From an uncultured delta proteobacterium (GTDB lineage: Bacteria; Desulfobacterota; RBG-13-43-22), in the NCBI GenBank assembly GCA_963790475.1, contig CAWBOS010000006.1:32001-96000 (forward strand): a stretch of 64,000 bases of DNA. Reading direction: 5' to 3'. The notes under the pieces were generated by a model. The model did not search any database. It had not been told where the DNA came from and saw only the letters and a list, made by a program, of their open reading frames with translations. Positions 61,490-64,000 of the stretch are shown here, piece by piece. The first letter of the stretch is position 1. Every line of letters starts with the position of its first letter. Position numbers and translations under genes: made by a program.

Positions 61490-61525
61490 TTGACAGAGGA
61501 TAAAGATGCGGCTATCATTCGTCAA
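61490..61525. promoter_or_regulatory. Overlapping divergent sigma-70 promoters (lysR / HAD)
   Basis: Plus TTGACA(61490)-17-TATCAT; minus TTGACG(61525)-17-TATCCT. Confidence 0.55.
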
Positions 61526-61564
61526 ATTAATAATTATTATAATATTTATTAGTAGGACAAATAT

Positions 61565-62458
61565 ATGGATTTTACCTTTGAACAAATCAATTCCTTTTAT
61601 GCCGTGGCCACTACGGGAAGTTTTTCAAACGCTGCCGAAAAGATCTTCCGGACCCAGTCGGCTGTCAGTATTCAGGTAGCCCGGCTGGAAGAGACCATCG
61701 GCCGGCGGTTGATTCACCGGACCACTAAAAGCATCGAGCTGACCGAAGCGGGAAAAGTCTTTTTGGGTTATGTGGAAAAGATTCGGGGCCTTTTGGCCGA
61801 AGCCCAACAGGAGTTGCTTGATCTGGAGAAAATGGAACGGGGCCGGCTGACCATCTCCACCTCGGATACAACAGCCTGTTACCTGCTGCCGGGAATCCTG
61901 CAAACCTATAAGGACCAATATCCGGGGATTGAGATTGTCGTCCGAAATTCAACCTCGCTTCAGACCATCGAAAAGGTCATGCACAATGAAGTGGATATCG
62001 GCATTGCCACCCTGGCCTATTTAAAGCCGGGTCTGGAGGCGATTCCGTTGTTTCCCAGGTTTGACGTGGTGATTTGCCACCCGGATCATCCCCTGGCCCA
62101 TCGAAAGCAGGTTTTTCTAAAGGATGTGGAAAAGCATCTCTGCGTTCTGCTGGATGACCATTGTTCGTCTCGGAGGATTCTGGATCAGGCTTGTCTGGCG
62201 GCGGGGGTGAAACTAACTATTGCTATGGAACTCAGCTCCATTGAGGTAATCAAGAACCTGGTTATGATCAAATCCGGGATCTCCATCGTCCCGGAGGTGG
62301 CCATCCGAAAAGAGGTCCAGGCCGGCTCGCTGTCCGCCATAAAAATAAAGGATTTTAAGCCGAACCGCACCATCCAAGTGGGAGTGATCTATAAGAAGAA
62401 CCGTTATCTTTCCCTGGCCGCCCAAAGTTTCCTGAAACAATTGAAGCCGGAAAAATAG
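61565..62458 (+). CDS. LysR-family transcriptional regulator
   Basis: GSFSNAAE...TQSAVSIQVARLEE...LTEAG; substrate domain; GISIVPE. Confidence 0.96.
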   Translation: MDFTFEQINSFYAVATTGSFSNAAEKIFRTQSAVSIQVARLEETIGRRLIHRTTKSIELTEAGKVFLGYVEKIRGLLAEAQQELLDLEKMERGRLTISTSDTTACYLLPGILQTYKDQYPGIEIVVRNSTSLQTIEKVMHNEVDIGIATLAYLKPGLEAIPLFPRFDVVICHPDHPLAHRKQVFLKDVEKHLCVLLDDHCSSRRILDQACLAAGVKLTIAMELSSIEVIKNLVMIKSGISIVPEVAIRKEVQAGSLSAIKIKDFKPNRTIQVGVIYKKNRYLSLAAQSFLKQLKPEK

Positions 62459-62670
62459 CCTTTAAAAAGGGGACCGAAAAACCAGGCCTTGGTTCTGAGT
62501 CGCCTTTTACATTTTGGGGAATAATGGTCTAATAGGCGGATAGATAAAATTGAAAAATTGAGTTAGGCGTGGTAATTATTAAGCTAAAGATTTTTCTTGT
62601 TGTTTATCCTTCGAGATAGTTTGAAATAGAAAATATAGAAAGTTGATTTTAAGAAAGGGGTTTTGTAATT

Positions 62671-63621
62671 ATGGCTAAAGTCAATACTGTTCTTGGACCA
62701 ATGAATACCGAAGACCTCGGATTTACCCTGATGCACGAGCACCTGCTCTGCGCCTTTCCTAATGCCTACCGGGAATACCCTGATATTCTGGTCCCCAATG
62801 TTTTGGAATACGTCGTGACCAGGCTGAAACAGGCTAAAGCGGAAGGGGTGGATACGGTGGTGGATATGACCACCCTTGACCTGGGCCGGGATATCCTTTT
62901 CATAAGAGAAGCGGCAAAGCAAAGCGGAGTCAATATCATCGCCTGCACCGGGTGGTGGCAGGATGTCCCCCGTTTTGTCAGCGGCATCATGGGCAGTGTC
63001 ACCGCCGCCCAGATGGCGGAGTCGTTTGTCCGCGAGATTGATAAGGGCATCGGGGATACGGGTATCAAGCCGGGGGTGCTGAAATCGGCGAGCGACGTCG
63101 GCGGTGTGACGCCACCGCAGGAGATCACCCTGCGGGCTGTGGCCAAGGCCCATCTCAAAACCGGGGTGCCTATCGCCATTCATTCCTATCATCCGGGACA
63201 AGTGGCCAAACAGCAGCTCGATATTCTCAAGGATGAGGGCGTCAACCTGAAATATGTCAAGGTGGACCACTGCAACGACACCACCGATATCGAATACCTG
63301 ATCTGGATTTTAAATCAGGGGTGCACCATGGGTTTGGACCGCTATCCGGGCCGCCTGGTCAGCCCCCTGGCCCGTACCAAAACCCTAAAGGCGCTGATGG
63401 AGGCCGGTTTTAGCGATAAGCTCTGTCCGTCCCACGATTGTCTTTTGGCTTATGTCCTGCCCGAGGGATTTACAACCGAACAGTTCGAATTCTTGAACCC
63501 CCACCGGATTCTTTATTTGAAGAAGGTGGTCTTCCCCTGGCTGAAGGAAATGGGAGTGGCGGATGAAAAAATCAATCAACTGTGTATCACCGGACCCAGG
63601 AATTTTTTGGAAGGGAAGTAA
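62671..63621 (+). CDS. Phosphotriesterase-family amidohydrolase
   Basis: VNTVLGP, TLMHEH, DLGRD, LKSA, IH, DH, SHD. Confidence 0.92.
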   Translation: MAKVNTVLGPMNTEDLGFTLMHEHLLCAFPNAYREYPDILVPNVLEYVVTRLKQAKAEGVDTVVDMTTLDLGRDILFIREAAKQSGVNIIACTGWWQDVPRFVSGIMGSVTAAQMAESFVREIDKGIGDTGIKPGVLKSASDVGGVTPPQEITLRAVAKAHLKTGVPIAIHSYHPGQVAKQQLDILKDEGVNLKYVKVDHCNDTTDIEYLIWILNQGCTMGLDRYPGRLVSPLARTKTLKALMEAGFSDKLCPSHDCLLAYVLPEGFTTEQFEFLNPHRILYLKKVVFPWLKEMGVADEKINQLCITGPRNFLEGK

Positions 63622-63739
63622 GAATGGTCCCTATGCCTTCAGAGATATGACATCGACCCGGTCGGCATAGCGGGCTGCTACACCAGTATCCTCGGAGAGG
63701 ACTAAATTTTTATTGAAAAAATATTTATATTAGTATTGT

Positions 63740-63778
63740 CCGCAAAGGGATGAGCGGTTCAGGCACATCCCCTTGCGG
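63740..63778 (-). terminator. Hairpin between the convergent PTE and SBP genes
   Basis: CCGCAAAGGGATG...CATCCCCTTGCGG. Confidence 0.5.
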
Positions 63779-63794
63779 TGTTTACCGATATCGA

Positions 63795-64000
63795 TTAATA
63801 CCCCATCTTTTTCTTCAGTTCCTGATCGATCCAGATACGGGAAATAATCGGAGAAGCCCGGTGGGCACCGACTCGAATCTCCCCGTAATAATTCTTAACC
63901 CAGGGCCACCAGGCGGCATAGGTATAAGCGGTGGGCAGAATTACGCAAGGGACCTGTTCCATGATATACACAGAAAGTTTTTTCATGGCCTCAAAAGCCT
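63795..64000 (-). CDS. ABC family-5 substrate-binding protein, C-terminal part (enters from beyond window)
   Basis: EQVPCVILP...WWPWVKNY.G...IWIDQ family-5 SBP C-terminus. Confidence 0.7.
   Translation of the reverse strand, partial: AFEAMKKLSVYIMEQVPCVILPTAYTYAAWWPWVKNYYGEIRVGAHRASPIISRIWIDQELKKKMGY

Overview
Bacterial chromosomal window. By inference from gene content (RACo/CooC, NuoEFG-like module, long class II aldolase, large sigma-54 activator) it comes from an anaerobe resembling Desulfobacterota. It holds a replication block (dnaN-gyrB-gyrA, no recF, no adjacent dnaA) next to an AT-rich oriC-like region, plus holB. Catabolic loci include a sigma-54-controlled STAS/Liv-ABC/CoA-ligase/carboxyltransferase cluster, a TRAP transporter, a MatB-like ligase, a thiolase, a heteromeric-type ACAD pair, an OYE and a PTE-family hydrolase. 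A small accessory patch carries a Phd/PIN toxin-antitoxin pair. The standout is a tightly packed 7-gene operon (45095-52703) joining a catalysis-less NuoG/NuoE/NuoF NAD(H) module to a divergent xanthine-oxidase-family molybdoenzyme whose 2Fe-2S subunit has a classical C2H2 zinc-finger motif; a structured leader precedes it. Also notable are a kissing-loop double-hairpin element, two MITE-like elements sharing a covarying internal fold, and an active/inactive SDR pair. Six genes are frameshifted and several truncated, so assembly error or decay must be kept in mind. No rRNA, tRNA, CRISPR array, transposase or integrase was recognised. All calls are by-eye motif recognition; no database search was run.
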